From an uncultured Chloroflexota bacterium (lineage in GTDB: Bacteria > Chloroflexota > Anaerolineae > Anaerolineales > Anaerolineaceae), in assembly GCA_902791025.1 (NCBI GenBank), contig CADATZ010000006.1, forward strand, positions 2,303 to 66,302: a stretch of DNA of 64,000 bases, read 5' to 3'. Position 1 is the stretch's first letter; the number at the start of each line of letters is the position of its first letter. Below are positions 62,092-64,000 of this stretch, one piece after another. The translations under genes were made by a program, and so were the position numbers. The notes beneath the pieces are model-generated. The model did not search any database. It saw only the letters and a program-made list of their open reading frames with translations, and was not told the DNA's origin.

Positions 62092-63323
62092 TTGCAAAAA
62101 AATCAAAAAGAGCTCGTGTATCAACGCAGCTGCTTTTTGATGTACCTTTGCTGGTCATTGTTATCGTCTTACTGGTTTACGGCTTGCTGATGCTTTATTC
62201 TGCAAGCTGGAGCTATTCCCTGCAATATTTTGATTCAGGGACCTATATTCTTCTCCGCCAGATGCGATGGGTATTTGCCGGATTATTCGCTATGGGAATT
62301 CTGTCTTTGGTGGATTACCATTACCTGCAGTACCTTTCGTTATGGTTTATGCTGATAATTCTCGCAGTTCTGCTTTTTGTTCTTGTTGATGTAAGAAATA
62401 TCGGTTCTACTACCGGGTATACCAGAACCGTAACGGATGGCGGGTCCGGTCAGCCTTCAGAATTCGCAAAGGTTGCGGTGATTTTGTATCTTGCAACATT
62501 TCTCAGCAGCCGCCGAGAAAACCTGAATTCCCTTTCAAAAGGGACTTTCCCGGCGATGATCGTTATCGGTGCGCCGACCCTGTTAGTCTTTTTGCAGCCT
62601 GATATCAGCGCAGCGCTGACAATTGCGGTTATCGGCGGCGTGATGCTTTTTATCTCCGGCGGTAATATGAAGCATATCGGGGTGATTCTATTCCTCCTGA
62701 TCATTTTTGCTGTCGGCGGTTATTTTTTCTTTGATAAAGTGGGAACGCGAATTGAGGAGTATCTTGCAGGGCTTCTAAACCCGACAGGAGCGTCGTACCA
62801 TATTCGCCGCGCCTATAACGCAATCATAAACGGCGGTATATTCGGAGTGGGAATCGGAAAGGGAAAGGCGAAACTGACCGGTTTACCGTTTGCGTGGACG
62901 GATAGTATTTTTGCCGTGATACTTGAAGAAACAGGATTAGTTGGTGGGATTTTCGTGATTGGTTTGTACACCTGTATTCTGTGGCGTGGTTATGAAATAT
63001 TCAAGAAAGCACCTGATATTTACGGAAAAACCCTTGCAGCGGGGATCACGATGTGGATCTTCATGGAAGCTGCACTGAATATCTGTGTTATTCTCAATAT
63101 CATGCCTTTTGCGGGAAATGCTCTTCCATTGATCAGTTTAGGCGGGTCCAGCATGCTTTGTACAATGGCCTGCCTGGGAATTTTACTGAATATTTCCCGT
63201 GTGTCTGCGGTAGAAAATGCAAAGAAGGGGAGGAATGAACCTGATGCGATTATTAATATGCGCGGGAGGGACTGGGGGTGGCGTGTATCCCGCCCTGGCA
63301 GTTCTTCAGGCAGAATCGAATAA
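62070..63323 (+). CDS. ftsW: SEDS-family peptidoglycan glycosyltransferase FtsW/SpoVE
   Basis: 10-TM SEDS pattern (QPSEFAKV, TDSIFAVILEETG, PLISLGGSSM). The 3' tail overlaps murG by about 80 nt. Confidence 0.9.
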   Translation: MGESAGIIAKKSKRARVSTQLLFDVPLLVIVIVLLVYGLLMLYSASWSYSLQYFDSGTYILLRQMRWVFAGLFAMGILSLVDYHYLQYLSLWFMLIILAVLLFVLVDVRNIGSTTGYTRTVTDGGSGQPSEFAKVAVILYLATFLSSRRENLNSLSKGTFPAMIVIGAPTLLVFLQPDISAALTIAVIGGVMLFISGGNMKHIGVILFLLIIFAVGGYFFFDKVGTRIEEYLAGLLNPTGASYHIRRAYNAIINGGIFGVGIGKGKAKLTGLPFAWTDSIFAVILEETGLVGGIFVIGLYTCILWRGYEIFKKAPDIYGKTLAAGITMWIFMEAALNICVILNIMPFAGNALPLISLGGSSMLCTMACLGILLNISRVSAVENAKKGRNEPDAIINMRGRDWGWRVSRPGSSSGRIE

Positions 63324-64000
63324 TAATATTGAAGTTCTGTGGGTCGGTTCCGATGATGGAATCGAAGCCGATTTGGTGAAACACGCCGGTATTGAATACC
63401 GGGGTATTTCTGCTGCAGGTCTTCATGGCGTGAATGTTCTTACCCTTCCGAAACGGTTGCTGAAATTGGCAAAGGGTTACTTTTCGGCAAAGAACATTAT
63501 TAAAGATTTTAAACCCGATGTAATGTTTTTCACCGGTGGTTATGTAGGTTTCCCTGTCGCGATGGCAGGGAAAGGTGTGCCCTCTGTGCTTTTTGTTCCC
63601 GATATCGAGCCGGGTATGGCTTTGAACCAGCTCAGTAAGAATGCGGATGTTATCACTCTGGTTTGTGAAGATTCTGAAAAGTATTTTCAGGATAAGTCAA
63701 AGACCAGAATTACGGGATATCCGACCCGGAAAGATATACAGCAGTGGGATCGGGATCAGGCACTGAAATTTTTTGAATTTCAGCAGGATTTACCTGTTTT
63801 GTTTGTGTTTGGCGGGAGCAAAGGTGCTCATTCGATCAATCAGGCGCTGCGTGCGAATCTCTCAGTTTTGTTGGAACATTGCCAGGTGATCCATATCACG
63901 GGAAAGCTTGACTGGGATGATACGAAGACCTATTATGACGGACTTTCGGAAGATTTCAAGAAGCGTTATAAGGTTTATCCTTATCTTCACGAAGAGATGG
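63244..64000 (+). CDS. murG: UDP-N-acetylglucosamine--N-acetylmuramyl-(pentapeptide) pyrophosphoryl-undecaprenol GlcNAc transferase; 3' end off window
   Basis: Not in the ORF track because it is edge-truncated. My translation from ATG 63244 gives MRLLICAGGTGGGVYPALAV...FVFGGSKGAHSIN. Confidence 0.9.
   Translation, partial: MRLLICAGGTGGGVYPALAVLQAESNNNIEVLWVGSDDGIEADLVKHAGIEYRGISAAGLHGVNVLTLPKRLLKLAKGYFSAKNIIKDFKPDVMFFTGGYVGFPVAMAGKGVPSVLFVPDIEPGMALNQLSKNADVITLVCEDSEKYFQDKSKTRITGYPTRKDIQQWDRDQALKFFEFQQDLPVLFVFGGSKGAHSINQALRANLSVLLEHCQVIHITGKLDWDDTKTYYDGLSEDFKKRYKVYPYLHEEM

Noticed and set aside
63244-63323. 80-nt overlap between the ftsW 3' end and the murG 5' end as a sign of a frameshift or fusion
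   Set aside because: Both proteins are complete in their conserved regions (the last FtsW TM and the MurG GGTGG loop). The overlap only involves a non-conserved FtsW tail, so a normal overlapping gene pair is the simpler reading.

Overview
About 64 kb of bacterial chromosome, mid-range GC by eye, with GGAGG-type ribosome-binding sites and ATG/TTG/GTG starts, densely coding on both strands. I call 46 intact-looking protein genes, 2 probable pseudogenes and one tRNA-Ser(UGA).

Gene order, left to right:
- an Opp-type peptide ABC operon (-)
- an alkaline-phosphatase-superfamily gene and tRNA-Ser
- scpA and a membrane HD-GYP/GGDEF protein
- a decayed TetR gene
- a three-gene ABC importer (-) whose ATPase carries large insertions
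- an orphan PTS EIIB, then pnp and rpsO
- a large polytopic membrane protein, a CYTH enzyme and a PadR regulator
- a LacI-regulated sugar ABC locus plus two GH13 genes (TreS-like and amylosucrase-like), split by an Rpn-type nuclease gene
- an AT-rich islet with a DUF4143 AAA ATPase
- nnrD and recQ
- a family-5 solute-binding lipoprotein gene with an in-frame stop, next to a Cache-HAMP-GGDEF cyclase
- a secreted protein and an SBP_3/NBR1-like multidomain protein
- obg
- a bi-domain oxidoreductase / heparinase-II/III-like / GT4 cassette
- a DDAH-type amidinotransferase
- the dcw cluster (mraZ rsmH ftsL ftsI murF mraY murD ftsW murG)

The most unusual content is non-coding:
1. A family of roughly 95-105 bp imperfect-palindrome elements with terminal inverted repeats. 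There are about 17 full, half or nested copies, all intergenic.
2. At least 15 arrays of degenerate tandem heptanucleotides. Their most conserved core is usually a stop trinucleotide. They are often arranged as inverted pairs, sit exactly at gene boundaries, and frequently abut the palindromic elements.

I saw no rRNA, CRISPR, prophage or recognisable defence operon. All functional calls come from motif recognition by eye. No database search was possible, and the taxon cannot be assigned from this window.
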